From Candidatus Omnitrophota bacterium (lineage in GTDB: Bacteria; Omnitrophota; Gorgyraeia; Tantalellales; Tantalellaceae), in assembly GCA_043813915.1 (NCBI GenBank), contig JBDRKO010000001.1, positions 835-64,834 on the forward strand: 64,000 bases of DNA, given 5' to 3'. Made by a program: the position numbers and the translations under genes. The notes beneath the pieces were generated by a model. That model was not told where the DNA came from and did not search any database. It saw only the letters and a list, made by a program, of their open reading frames with translations. Of the stretch, positions 48,396 through 58,493 are shown one piece after another. How positions within the stretch are numbered: the stretch's first letter is position 1; each line of letters starts with the position of its first letter.

Positions 48396-49838
48396 TCATC
48401 CTTTTATTTTTTTAAGCAGCATTTCGCCCGCTAGCTTTGGGTTAGCCTTGCCCTTTGTCCGTTTCATGACCTGACCCACCAGAAAGCTCAACGCATTCAC
48501 TTTGCCGGAGCGGTAATCGCCGACCGACTGTTCGTTATCGTTGATAACACTTTGGACGATATCTTCAAGCTCGTTCTCATCCGAGACCTGCTCAAGCCCT
48601 TTTTCCTCGACAATGTGTTTGGGGCCCTTTCCGCCCGCGATATGTTCGGCGAGAACTTCTTTGGCCGCCAACCCGCTGAGGATGCCCTCTTTCTCCATCC
48701 GTATGATATCGGCCAGGGCCTCCGGGGCGAGAGCCAGCTCATCGATATCGGAATTCCTTTCCTTCGCGTGTTTCATCACCTCTCCCTTGATCCAATTACA
48801 TACAGCCTGCGGTTCTTTGTATATCTCCGCGGTGCGTTCGAACAGGTCCGCAATGCTCCTTTCCGACACAAGAAAATCCGTATCGTTCTCATTGAGAGCG
48901 AACTGCCCGCTCATACGTTCTTTTCTTTCCGAAGGCGCCTCGGGCATTGAAGAACGGATCTCTTCTATCAAGGAGGCCTCTACCTCGAACGGCACAAGGT
49001 CCGGATCCGGAAAATATCTATAATCATGCGCCTGTTCTTTGGCTCTCATAGATTCGCTGGCGCTTTTTTCATCGTTCCATAGACGTGTTTCCTGGATCAC
49101 TTCCCCTCCTGAATCCAAAAGATCACGCTGGCGCTCTTCCTCGAAAAAGAGCGAATCCCTTACCGCTTTAAAAGAATTGAGGTTCTTTATCTCGACTTTC
49201 GTGCCTAACGCCTCGGTCCCCTTTTTTCTCAGAGAAATATTGGCGTCGCATCTCAGACTGCCTTCCTCCATATTGCAATCCGAGACCCGCAGATATTTAA
49301 CTATTCTTTTCAGCGTCACCAGATACCTGTATGCCTCTTCAGGAGAGCGCAGATCCGGATCGGATACTATTTCAAGAAGAGGCGTGCCCGTACGGTTAAG
49401 GTCCACATAACTCAGACCTTTCGCGGGATCATGCAGCAGTTTTCCCGCGTCCTCTTCCATATGTGCCCGGGTTATCCCGATGCGCTTCGGCGAACCGTCC
49501 TCAAGTTCTATCTTCACCTCGCCGTTATACGCGATCGGCATATCATACTGGCTTATCTGGTAATTTTTAGGAAGGTCCGGATAATAATAGTTCTTGCGGT
49601 CGAATTTGACCTTCCGTTGGACCTCGCATCCCAAGGCGAGCGCGACCTTTATGGAATACTCGAACACTTTTTTGTTCAGAACAGGAAGCACCCCGGGAAG
49701 CCCGAGACATACGGGACACACTTGAGAATTCGGGTTCGCTCCGAAGGCCGTAGGGCACGCGCAGAATATCTTGGTGCGAGTGGAAAGCTGGACGTGCACT
49801 TCAAGCCCTATTACTGTTTCGTATACGCTGTCTTTCAT
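48396..49838 (-). CDS. gatB: Asp-tRNA(Asn)/Glu-tRNA(Gln) amidotransferase subunit B
   Basis: 480 aa; canonical GatB. Confidence 0.95.
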   Translation of the reverse strand: MKDSVYETVIGLEVHVQLSTRTKIFCACPTAFGANPNSQVCPVCLGLPGVLPVLNKKVFEYSIKVALALGCEVQRKVKFDRKNYYYPDLPKNYQISQYDMPIAYNGEVKIELEDGSPKRIGITRAHMEEDAGKLLHDPAKGLSYVDLNRTGTPLLEIVSDPDLRSPEEAYRYLVTLKRIVKYLRVSDCNMEEGSLRCDANISLRKKGTEALGTKVEIKNLNSFKAVRDSLFFEEERQRDLLDSGGEVIQETRLWNDEKSASESMRAKEQAHDYRYFPDPDLVPFEVEASLIEEIRSSMPEAPSERKERMSGQFALNENDTDFLVSERSIADLFERTAEIYKEPQAVCNWIKGEVMKHAKERNSDIDELALAPEALADIIRMEKEGILSGLAAKEVLAEHIAGGKGPKHIVEEKGLEQVSDENELEDIVQSVINDNEQSVGDYRSGKVNALSFLVGQVMKRTKGKANPKLAGEMLLKKIKG

Positions 49839-49892
49839 TCGTATCTACCTTCCGGAGTTCGCGTTCGTCCGGCTGTTTTGTAATCACATAGT

Positions 49893-50092
49893 CAAACAGT
49901 CGAAATGTCGAAAGTCTAAAGGTCCGTTAAGTAAAGTTACCAGAAACCGGTTACCAGTTACCAGAGTCTTAACCTTAGTGCTACAGTCAATCCCGCTAAG
50001 AGAAACCAGTTTCCAGAACCTGTTACCTAAAAAAACTTAGATCGCTGGTTGCTGGTAACAGGCAACTGGTTACTTTTCCCTTTTCACCAAAT
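49893..50092. repeat. Family C element, left arm of about 200-bp inverted repeat bracketing gatC-gatA
   Basis: Reverse complement aligns at about 93% identity with 51938-52135 (ggtatttggt...aaccagttgcctgttaccagcaaccagcgatctaagttttttt...ggtaactggtaaccggtttctggtaactttactta...). Confidence 0.85.
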
Positions 50093-50111
50093 ACCAAAGA
50101 CTAAATACCGT

Positions 50112-51569
50112 TTATCTCCCCTTCCCCATTACAGCCTTCTCATGATGCCCGGTATTCCTCTCGAACGCGTGCGCCGCTCTTATGAGCGTTTCTTCCTCGA
50201 AGAGGTTCCCCATAAGCTGCATGCCTATCGGCATACCGTCGGAACCGAACCCGCAGGGTATGGATACCGCCGGCAAACCGGCAAGATTAGCGGGAATGGT
50301 AAAAATGTCGGAAAGATACATCTGCAGAGGATCGTTCACTTTCTCCCCTATCTTAAAAGCCGTTGTCGGCGATGTGGGGGTCAGGATGCAATCGCAAACC
50401 CCGAACGCTTCGGTAAAATCCTCTTTTATTTTTGTCCTTACCTTCTGGGCCTTGAGGTAGTACGCCTCGTAATACCCGCTGCTGAGAACGTATGTTCCGA
50501 GAAGTATCCTTCTTTTCGCCTCCGCGCCGAACCCGCCGTTCCTAGTATTCGTATACATGTCTATAATGTTCCCGGAAGAAGGGTCTCTGTACCCGTAATG
50601 GACCCCGTCATATCTGGCAAGATTGGAACTGGCTTCCGCCGGGCCGATAATGTAATAACAGCTGACCGCGTATTTCGTATGCGGAAGGGATATTTCCTTG
50701 ATCTCCGCGCCCATGCCCCTGAACACTTTGACCGCTTCGTCCAAATGACGCTTTACATCCTTTGAGATACCGAGCGTGAAATATTCCTCGGGTATACCGA
50801 TCTTCATCCCTTTTATGTCCGCAAAAAGACTGCCGGTATAATCCGGCACGGGCAAGTCTACGGAAGTGGAATCCCTTTCATCATACCCGGAGATCACGCC
50901 CATTATCGCGGCACAATCTTCCATATTACGCGTTATGGGCCCTATCTGATCAAGACTGGAAGCGAACGCTATAAGCCCGTATCTGGAAACCCGCCCATAG
51001 GTCGGCTTAAAACCTACGACCCCGCATAATGAGGCCGGCTGACGTATGGAGCCTCCCGTATCCGAACCTAAAGCCGCCGTGATCTCCCCCGCGGCTACGC
51101 CTGCCGCCGCTCCGCCGGAGGACCCTCCCGGAATACATGATGTATTCCATGGATTCTTTGTAGTCCCATAAAATGATGTCTCGCATGAAGACCCGAACGC
51201 GAACTCATCCATGTTCAGTCCGGGAAAAAGCAGCGCGCCTTCTTTTTTTAGTTTTTGTATGACCGTAGCGTCGTATGGAGGCCGAAAATTCTCTAATATG
51301 CGGGAACAGCAGGTGGTAAGGGTGTCTTTAATGCAGATATTGCTCTTTATGCCCACGGGAACGCCTTCCAGTTTCCGCGCCGGCGTCGAAGGGGTCAGAG
51401 AGGAAGCGATGCTGTCGGGATCTATCCCGACGAAGGCGTTTATGTCCTTATCTATGCCGGCGGCCCGTTCGGCGAGATACACGGCATTCTCCCGCGGCGC
51501 TCTGCCGGAAGCCTCCGACCAAGCCCTGAACGCTTTTATGCTAGAAAGAAAATCTTCCATTCTATACAA
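50112..51569 (-). CDS. gatA: Glu-tRNA(Gln) amidotransferase subunit A (amidase)
   Basis: 485 aa; amidase signature GGSSGGAAAGVAAG. Confidence 0.95.
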   Translation of the reverse strand: MYRMEDFLSSIKAFRAWSEASGRAPRENAVYLAERAAGIDKDINAFVGIDPDSIASSLTPSTPARKLEGVPVGIKSNICIKDTLTTCCSRILENFRPPYDATVIQKLKKEGALLFPGLNMDEFAFGSSCETSFYGTTKNPWNTSCIPGGSSGGAAAGVAAGEITAALGSDTGGSIRQPASLCGVVGFKPTYGRVSRYGLIAFASSLDQIGPITRNMEDCAAIMGVISGYDERDSTSVDLPVPDYTGSLFADIKGMKIGIPEEYFTLGISKDVKRHLDEAVKVFRGMGAEIKEISLPHTKYAVSCYYIIGPAEASSNLARYDGVHYGYRDPSSGNIIDMYTNTRNGGFGAEAKRRILLGTYVLSSGYYEAYYLKAQKVRTKIKEDFTEAFGVCDCILTPTSPTTAFKIGEKVNDPLQMYLSDIFTIPANLAGLPAVSIPCGFGSDGMPIGMQLMGNLFEEETLIRAAHAFERNTGHHEKAVMGKGR

Positions 51570-51870
51570 CTCTGGGTACCGTGAATAGTTTTCCGTTGCG
51601 TGACGGGGCGTTCTTCAACGCCTCATCGGCAGGCAATCCTTCTTTAATCTCATCCTCCCGGAAGACGTTCTTCATGGAGGGAAGCGCATGTATGGTAGGC
51701 ATGGTCTCCGACGTATCCACTTCCTGAAGCTGATCAATATACCCCAGAATGTCCGAAAGCTGACCGCAGAATTTAACGGTCTCCTTCTCGCCCAAGGATA
51801 GCCGGGACAGACCCGCCACGTACTTCACCACGTCTTCCGTGATCACGCGTTTTCCGGATGCTTTTTTCAT
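51562..51870 (-). CDS. gatC: Glu-tRNA(Gln) amidotransferase subunit C
   Basis: 102 aa; GatC family, overlaps gatA start. Confidence 0.85.
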   Translation of the reverse strand: MKKASGKRVITEDVVKYVAGLSRLSLGEKETVKFCGQLSDILGYIDQLQEVDTSETMPTIHALPSMKNVFREDEIKEGLPADEALKNAPSRNGKLFTVPRVV

Positions 51871-51937
51871 GATTTGATTACCATATCATAATAATATTAG
51901 AAAGTCAATATGATGAGAAAGGCGTGAGATGGTGATT

Positions 51938-52135
51938 GGTATTTGGTATTCAGCATTTGGTGCAAGGGGAAAAGCAACCAGTTGCCTGTTACCAGCAACC
52001 AGCGATCTAAGTTTTTTTCAGGTAACAGGTTCTGAGAACTGGTTTCTCTTAGCGGGATTGACTGTAGCTCTAGGGTTAAGACTCTGGTAACTGGTAACCG
52101 GTTTCTGGTAACTTTACTTAGCGGACCTTTAGATT
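51938..52135. repeat. Family C element, right arm of inverted repeat bracketing gatC-gatA
   Basis: See 49893-50092. Confidence 0.85.
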
Positions 52136-52365
52136 TTCGCCGTTTATACTATTGCCCTTCACTCTCTACGATCGATCCTATATTTTTCGTAAGATTCCAA
52201 GATTGACCGCCGAAGGCGGTCAGCCGCGCCGTGGACGTTCACTCCGATAGGAACGGACACAAAAGACTGCTTGAAAAGCAGTCTTTATAGGACAGCTATT
52301 TAGTCCCGGGCGCGGACTACTTATTTTTTCATCCTCTTCTCCGTCTATATCGCAGGACGCATATC

Positions 52366-52571
52366 GGTAAAACCGTATAAAGTTCAAAGGGTCCCGTTCG
52401 CGAATTTTAGTTTTTTATGTAGCTTTTGAAAGTGTCAGGCGTTAAATATGTTTGAACCCCGCTGTTTTGCAGATCAAAACAACGGGGTGAGTTTATTTAA
52501 CGCCCTTTCAAAAGCTAGATCAAAAACGTTAAAAAATTCGCGGGGAAAGAACTTTATACGGTTTTACGGTC
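52366..52571. repeat. About 206-bp imperfect palindrome (foldback/MITE-like) with central nested hairpin
   Basis: Arms cggtaaaaccgtataaagttc...tagcttttgaaag...gttaaata / tatttaacgcc...ctttcaaaagcta...gaactttatacggttttacgg; centre CCCCGCTGTTTTG-cagatc-AAAACAACGGGG. Confidence 0.75.
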
Positions 52572-52644
52572 ATTATTAAATGAACTTTGGTGCTCGGGTC
52601 TTGTTGAAGATCTGACCTTTTCCATTGCTATTCACGGCCACGGA

Positions 52645-53490
52645 TCACCGCTGGGCGCTGACCGCGTCCGCTATACGCGCGTAATCCGCGAGGGATATGG
52701 TTTCCGCGCGCGCCGCCGCAGATATCCCGCACTCCATGAAGATATGCTCCCACTCCGCCTTCCCCATGCCGGCCACATCGGCGGAAACAAGAGGGTTTAC
52801 CGCTTTTTTTCTCCTCTGAGAGAACGCCTTCCGGATTATCTCCAGCATAAGCGCTTCATCTCTGACCTGCACGCTGGGGCTGGCGAGCATGTCCATACCT
52901 AAAAGAGCCGACTCTACTTTGGGGCTGGGACAGAACGCCTGTTTTTTAATACGGAAAAGTTTCTTCACCGCGGCGAAATACTGCACATAACAGCTCAGGG
53001 AACCGTACGTCTTTGATCCGGGAGGGGCAACGATCCTGTCGGCGACTTCCTCCTGTATAACGATGTAAAGACCGCGGACCTTTTCCCGGTCGTTTATCAC
53101 TTTCTCCATCAAAGGCGTGGAGATATAGTAAGGTATATTGCCGAAAATGAATATTTTCTCTTTGCCGAACGCGATCCTCCGGAAATCGGTCTCCAGAATA
53201 TCCCCGTTACAAAGCTCTATATTGCCGCGCTTCTTCAGCAAAGGATCCAGTATCCCGCACATCTTAGTATCCTTTTCCACGGCTATCAATCTGCCGCATA
53301 GGTCCGCAAGGGCCAATGACATGGCTCCGAAACCCGGCCCGATCTCTACAACGGTATCATCTTTGCCTATGGGGAGGAAGGAGAGTATCTTATCGCGGAT
53401 ATTATTGTCTATGAGGAAATTCTGGCCTAGCCTTTTATTCGGCCTGAAACCGTGCTCTTTCCATATCTTTTTCAGTTCAGTCAGGTCCAT
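52645..53490 (-). CDS. rsmA: 16S rRNA (adenine1518-N6/adenine1519-N6)-dimethyltransferase
   Basis: 281 aa; KsgA/Dim1 SAM motifs (VVEIGPGFG). Confidence 0.9.
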   Translation of the reverse strand: MDLTELKKIWKEHGFRPNKRLGQNFLIDNNIRDKILSFLPIGKDDTVVEIGPGFGAMSLALADLCGRLIAVEKDTKMCGILDPLLKKRGNIELCNGDILETDFRRIAFGKEKIFIFGNIPYYISTPLMEKVINDREKVRGLYIVIQEEVADRIVAPPGSKTYGSLSCYVQYFAAVKKLFRIKKQAFCPSPKVESALLGMDMLASPSVQVRDEALMLEIIRKAFSQRRKKAVNPLVSADVAGMGKAEWEHIFMECGISAAARAETISLADYARIADAVSAQR

Positions 53491-54552
53491 CTATTGTCTC
53501 TGCGCTGCGGCCGCTTTGACCGCCATCTTTATGGCCGCTTCCATGGATCTCGGGCACGCTATACCTTTTCCCGCTATATCGAAAGCCGTCCCATGGTCAG
53601 GAGATGTCCTCACCTGCCCAAGTCCTAAGGTAATATTCACTCCGCTCGCGAAATCCACGGTCTTAAAAGGTCCCAGGCCCTGATCGTGATACATGCTAAC
53701 AACTATATCTATCTCTCCTTTGAGCGCCTTCCCGAAGATTATATCGGCGGATATCGGGCCTTCTATACGCGCGTAATGACGCTGCGCGCCGGCGATGGCG
53801 GGCGCGATGATCTCGGCTTCTTCTTTCCCGATCTTTCCGCCTTCCCCGCAATGAGGATTGAGCCCGGTAACACCTATACGCGCGTGGTCACATCCCGCTA
53901 ACAATGATCTGTTATCGGCCACTTGGACCAATGTCTTTTCTATTTTAGAACGGTCAAGAGAGGAAGCGACCTCACGTATGGGAATATGGCGCGTTACGGG
54001 AACGACACAAAGCTTGTCGCCTTTAAGCACCATCGTCACAAAGTCCGATGAAAAAGCCTTCTGCAAATATTCGGTGTGTCCGATAAACCCTTTTTTTATC
54101 CCGGCGATCCGTTCTTTACTGAGAGGCGCGGTCACCATGGCGGAATGACCGGCTGAGACGTCTTTCATGAATCCTACCGCCGCGTCCAAACAGGCCAATG
54201 CCTTCCGCGCGCCTTCTTCCGTGGGAAAACCCGGTCCTGTATCGGCAAGGCCCGGCGAAGGATCAAAGATATTCACGACATCTTCCGAAAGCATAGCCCG
54301 ATCGTATTTGAGAATACGATCAACGCGGCATAGGTCCCGCGCGGACGCGGGTAAGACCGACCATGCCCGTTCCATCGTGCGTTTGTCGCCTATGACCACA
54401 AAAACAGCAAGCCCCTTTATCTCGGGGCTTGCCATTGATCTCATTATTATTTCGGGCCCTATGCCTGAAGGGTCCCCCATTGTTATGAAAACAACGGGTT
54501 TATTTATACTCGATATACGCATTCTGTTTTTTCTCATCGAACCATTTAGCAA
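53491..54552 (-). CDS. pdxA: 4-hydroxythreonine-4-phosphate dehydrogenase
   Basis: 353 aa; PdxA family; surA-pdxA-ksgA synteny. Confidence 0.85.
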   Translation of the reverse strand: MLNGSMRKNRMRISSINKPVVFITMGDPSGIGPEIIMRSMASPEIKGLAVFVVIGDKRTMERAWSVLPASARDLCRVDRILKYDRAMLSEDVVNIFDPSPGLADTGPGFPTEEGARKALACLDAAVGFMKDVSAGHSAMVTAPLSKERIAGIKKGFIGHTEYLQKAFSSDFVTMVLKGDKLCVVPVTRHIPIREVASSLDRSKIEKTLVQVADNRSLLAGCDHARIGVTGLNPHCGEGGKIGKEEAEIIAPAIAGAQRHYARIEGPISADIIFGKALKGEIDIVVSMYHDQGLGPFKTVDFASGVNITLGLGQVRTSPDHGTAFDIAGKGIACPRSMEAAIKMAVKAAAAQRQ

Positions 54553-55546
54553 GATCGGTATTGAATTTTCTCATGTATAGCTGTTCCCTCAGGAACCCGT
54601 TGACCTCACTGAACTCGAGCGGTTTCTCGGGCTGTATATCCTCTACCGTAAAGACATGGTAGCCTATTTTGGTCTCTACTATATCCGAGACCTCGCCTTT
54701 TTTCATGTTAAATACGACATCGTCTATCTCTTTGAGGACCTGGCCCGACGATATATACCCCATATCGCCTCCTCTTTTCGCGTAAGGTCCGTCCGAATAT
54801 TCTACCGCCATCGTGGCAAAATCCCTGCCCTGCTTAAGTTCATTGTGTATTTCCTCTATGGACTTCTTCATCGTCGCGCGGTTAAGTATCCCGGCGACAA
54901 AATCATCTTTCATCCCGCTGGCGACACTCGTCTTTATGTCTTCTTCTTTTATGGCGGCTTGCTGCTGTCCGTCGCTTTTACGGACCATGATACCCCTAAC
55001 CTTTATTTTAGGGGGAGACATAAGTTTTTCCGCGTTCTTATCATAAAGCTCCTTGATCTCGGCGGGCTGTATCACTATTTTTGAAGCGATGTCCCTTTCT
55101 ATCACCTTCTGGGCCAGCATCTGGTCCCGTATATCCTTTTCGAGTTCGGTCAGGTTAGTGCCCTTATCACTAAGGCTTCGCAGAAAATCCCCTTCGTCCT
55201 TGTAATAGGACCTCAGGGTCCCGACCCGTCTTTTTACCTCAGCCTCGTCTATCTCCAGTTTTTCCTTTTTCGCTACGCTGACAGCCAATTTTGTCTTTAT
55301 CAGCTCGTCCAGCACGTTCTCTTCCGCGGCATCAAGCTGTTCATCCAGTTCGACACCGCTGTATCTCGATTCAATATTCTTTTTTATGGAGATAAAAGCC
55401 CTGTCGAACTCTCTTTGCGTTATCACCTCATCGTTGACCACCACAAGCACTTTATCGACGACAAGCGCTCCCGCTATCATGTATGCCGACAGCAGAACAC
55501 CTATGACCGCCACCATCCCTATTAAAGATCTTTTTGCCGCAGACAT
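54500..55546 (-). CDS. surA: Peptidyl-prolyl cis-trans isomerase, SurA-like (N-terminal chaperone domain plus parvulin)
   Basis: 348 aa; signal/TM, SurA_N-like region, PpiC parvulin domain. Confidence 0.7.
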   Translation of the reverse strand: MSAAKRSLIGMVAVIGVLLSAYMIAGALVVDKVLVVVNDEVITQREFDRAFISIKKNIESRYSGVELDEQLDAAEENVLDELIKTKLAVSVAKKEKLEIDEAEVKRRVGTLRSYYKDEGDFLRSLSDKGTNLTELEKDIRDQMLAQKVIERDIASKIVIQPAEIKELYDKNAEKLMSPPKIKVRGIMVRKSDGQQQAAIKEEDIKTSVASGMKDDFVAGILNRATMKKSIEEIHNELKQGRDFATMAVEYSDGPYAKRGGDMGYISSGQVLKEIDDVVFNMKKGEVSDIVETKIGYHVFTVEDIQPEKPLEFSEVNGFLREQLYMRKFNTDLAKWFDEKKQNAYIEYK

Positions 55547-55568
55547 CTCTGACCTCCTTTGTCCCCAT

Positions 55569-56420
55569 CTATCCTGACAGGGCTTTTTCGTTTATAATGA
55601 TCTCCGTACTGTTTCTCAAACCTTCCAGCAGGCCGTTGAATAGCTGCCTTCTTTTCAACGTCCTTACCTCTTCCCGTATTTTTTCGGACACTTGGTCCGA
55701 CGATCTCTGTTCCGGGAGTCTCCTATCCGTCAGCTTAATGATATGATATCCCAGTTTAGTTCTAACTATACCACTTATTTCGTTAATTTCAAGTCCCGAG
55801 CACGCGTTCTCGAATTCCGTCATCAGCTGCCCCTTGGGAAAATAACCTATATCCCCTCCCCTCTGCGCCGTGGGGTCCACCGATTTCGCTTTCGCTGTCT
55901 CCTCAAAATCCGCCCCTGAAGAAAGGCTGGCCATGACGTCTTCCGCTTCTTTCCTCGTCGGGACCAGGATATGCGACACCCTCATCACTTCAGGTGTCAT
56001 ATAATCCTCTTTATGCTGCTCATAATACTCACTAACGTCCCCGTCAGTGATCTCTATAACATCGTCTACCCGGTCCTTCAGTAAACGCGCCACCAAAATT
56101 TTCTTTTTTGCCTCTTGTATAACGCCCTTTACTTCGGGGTCTTTATGCAATCCTCCCCTTATCGCCTCCTGATACAGAAGCGTATCGTTGACCAGTTCTT
56201 CTAAATACTCGCCTTTTTTCTTTCTTACCACGTCCTGATACCTTGCCGGCAGATTTGATATACGTTCCTCAAAATCAGCTACACGGATCACTTCGCCGCC
56301 TATAGAGGCAAGGACCATTTCTTTTTTATCCGTTCTTCCGCACCCGGAAACACCGGCAACGGTCAAGACACATAAAAGGACGAAGATCGCGTTAACAATG
56401 ATGTTTTTCCACTGTTCCAT
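55569..56420 (-). CDS. Peptidyl-prolyl cis-trans isomerase (PpiC/parvulin; lipoprotein, PrsA/SurA-like)
   Basis: 283 aa; lipobox VSGC, parvulin domain (MRVSHILV...GGDIGYF). Confidence 0.7.
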   Translation of the reverse strand: MEQWKNIIVNAIFVLLCVLTVAGVSGCGRTDKKEMVLASIGGEVIRVADFEERISNLPARYQDVVRKKKGEYLEELVNDTLLYQEAIRGGLHKDPEVKGVIQEAKKKILVARLLKDRVDDVIEITDGDVSEYYEQHKEDYMTPEVMRVSHILVPTRKEAEDVMASLSSGADFEETAKAKSVDPTAQRGGDIGYFPKGQLMTEFENACSGLEINEISGIVRTKLGYHIIKLTDRRLPEQRSSDQVSEKIREEVRTLKRRQLFNGLLEGLRNSTEIIINEKALSG

Positions 56421-56496
56421 ATATTAAAATAATACCCCCCATAACAAAAGGATACCAGATATTTGCCTCCACAACAAGCTTTACCGTCATTATTAC

Positions 56497-58398
56497 TTAC
56501 TTTTTATTAACATACCTTTTTGAGACCGAGATCTCGGTCTTCAGCAGGCGGCAATACAGGTCAAATCCTATCTGGTCTATGAACCCGCTCTGCGCCATCC
56601 CCAAGATATTACCAGCTCCTCTCATCTCAAGATCCCTCATGGCGATCTTGAACCCGGAACCCAGATCCTGATACTTTTTCATCGCCTCAAGACGTTTGCG
56701 GACCTCACCCGTCAGCGCGCCAAAATCCCGTACCACCAGATACGCATAAGCTTTTCGGTCAAATCTCCCTATCCTCCCTCTCAGCTGATACAGGTCCGCC
56801 AGCCCGAATCTGTAGGCGTCATCCACTATCATGGTATTAGCATTGGGAATATCTATCCCCGATTCGATTATAGTGGTACATACCAAGATATCTATTTCCC
56901 CTTTTATGAATTTCATCATGGTCTTTTCAAGGGTCTTTGAGCTCATCTGACCGTGCCCTATCATTATACGGGCTTCTGGGACCATCTTTTTCACCTCTTC
57001 CGCGGTCTTTTCTATGGTCTCCACCCTGTTATGAACGTAGTAGGACTGACCCTTTCTGTCCATTTCCTCCCTCAGAGCTTCCCCGATAAGTCTCTTATCA
57101 TGAGCTATGATCTCTGTCCGTATCGGCATTCTGTCGATCGGAGGGGTCTCTATCATGGAGATGTCCCTCCCTCCCATAAGTGCCATGTAAAGAGTGCGCG
57201 GTATGGGCGTGGCCGTCAGCGTAAGCACATCCACATTCGTCCTTACCTTTTTGATCTTTTCTTTATGCCGGACCCCGAACCGCTGCTCTTCGTCAATGAT
57301 AAGCAGCCCGAGATCGTGAAACTCTATGTCTTCGGAGAGCAGGCGATGCGTTCCTATGACAATGTCCACCGTCCCGTCCTTTATTCCTTCCAGCACGGCT
57401 TTTTGTTCCCCCGGAGAACGGAAACGGTTCATCATCTCTATTTTAACGGGATAATCCCGCAGCCTCTTGGCAAATGTCTCTAAGTGCTGTTCGGCAAGAA
57501 TGGTCGTGGGCACAAGGAACGCTACCTGTTTAGAATCCATAACCGCCTTGAACGCCGCTCTTAGAGCGATCTCTGTCTTCCCGTACCCGACATCCCCGCA
57601 AAGAAGACGATCCATGGGACGCGCGCGCTCCATATCCTTTTTTACCGCGATCAGAGCCTTTATCTGGTCCGGGGTCTCTTTGTAAGGAAACCCTTCCTCC
57701 ACCTCTTTCTGCCAATCGTTATCTTTACTGAAAACGAACCCGGGAGATCTTTCTCTCTCCGCTTGGAGCTCAAGAAGTTCTTTCGCGGCTTTCGCCGCGC
57801 CTTTGGCGGCGTTCTGTTTTGCCGCCTGCCATTTTTTCCCGTTCAAACTGTTGAGTTCGGGGCACTTGCGGTGGAACGAGACATATCTCTGGAGCTTATG
57901 CAGATCGTTCTTATCCACATAAAGCTTGTCCCCACCTTTATACTCTATTACGAAATGGTCTTCCGGTCGGCCGCGGCGGGGTATGCGCTTAAGCCCGAGG
58001 TACCTGCCGATACCATAGTCCACATGAACGACCATATCACCCGGTTCTATGTCCACGAACGAATCTATAGGCTGCTCGCCGATACCTTCAAGGCTCTTCG
58101 TTACCTTACGTCGGCGGAGTGTCTCCGCGGGCAGAATGATCACGCCGTTATGCTCGGTTATGGTCTTAAAAGAACCCAGGTCCACGCTCTTGATCGAACG
58201 CACCACACCGTTTGCGACATCTATCCTTACGGGAAACTCAAATGTCACGGGATACACGGTCAGGATATCGCCGGTAAGAGAATAATCTCCGCAGACGGAT
58301 ACGTTGAGACATCTAGCGTACCCGTACCCATCCAGGAACGTGACCAGCTCATCAACGTCTTTTTTTTCGCCTGTGTATATTTTAAGAGAATCGAACAT
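56497..58398 (-). CDS. mfd: Mfd-like transcription-repair coupling factor, short form (CarD/TRCF RNAP-interacting domain plus SF2 helicase; lacks UvrB-homology N-terminal modules)
   Basis: 633 aa; [11 protein letters not shown] (CarD_TRCF), GDVGYGKTE Walker [16 protein letters not shown] motif VI; Mfd is typically about 1100-1200 aa. Confidence 0.7.
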   Translation of the reverse strand: MFDSLKIYTGEKKDVDELVTFLDGYGYARCLNVSVCGDYSLTGDILTVYPVTFEFPVRIDVANGVVRSIKSVDLGSFKTITEHNGVIILPAETLRRRKVTKSLEGIGEQPIDSFVDIEPGDMVVHVDYGIGRYLGLKRIPRRGRPEDHFVIEYKGGDKLYVDKNDLHKLQRYVSFHRKCPELNSLNGKKWQAAKQNAAKGAAKAAKELLELQAERERSPGFVFSKDNDWQKEVEEGFPYKETPDQIKALIAVKKDMERARPMDRLLCGDVGYGKTEIALRAAFKAVMDSKQVAFLVPTTILAEQHLETFAKRLRDYPVKIEMMNRFRSPGEQKAVLEGIKDGTVDIVIGTHRLLSEDIEFHDLGLLIIDEEQRFGVRHKEKIKKVRTNVDVLTLTATPIPRTLYMALMGGRDISMIETPPIDRMPIRTEIIAHDKRLIGEALREEMDRKGQSYYVHNRVETIEKTAEEVKKMVPEARIMIGHGQMSSKTLEKTMMKFIKGEIDILVCTTIIESGIDIPNANTMIVDDAYRFGLADLYQLRGRIGRFDRKAYAYLVVRDFGALTGEVRKRLEAMKKYQDLGSGFKIAMRDLEMRGAGNILGMAQSGFIDQIGFDLYCRLLKTEISVSKRYVNKK

Positions 58399-58493
58399 AT
58401 TTTAAGGTCTGGGTAAGAACGGATCGGGCAAAAGACCGTTTGAGCCCGGAACAAAATGTCTTCGCGTCATTACTTCTGAGAGAACCCGCGCTA

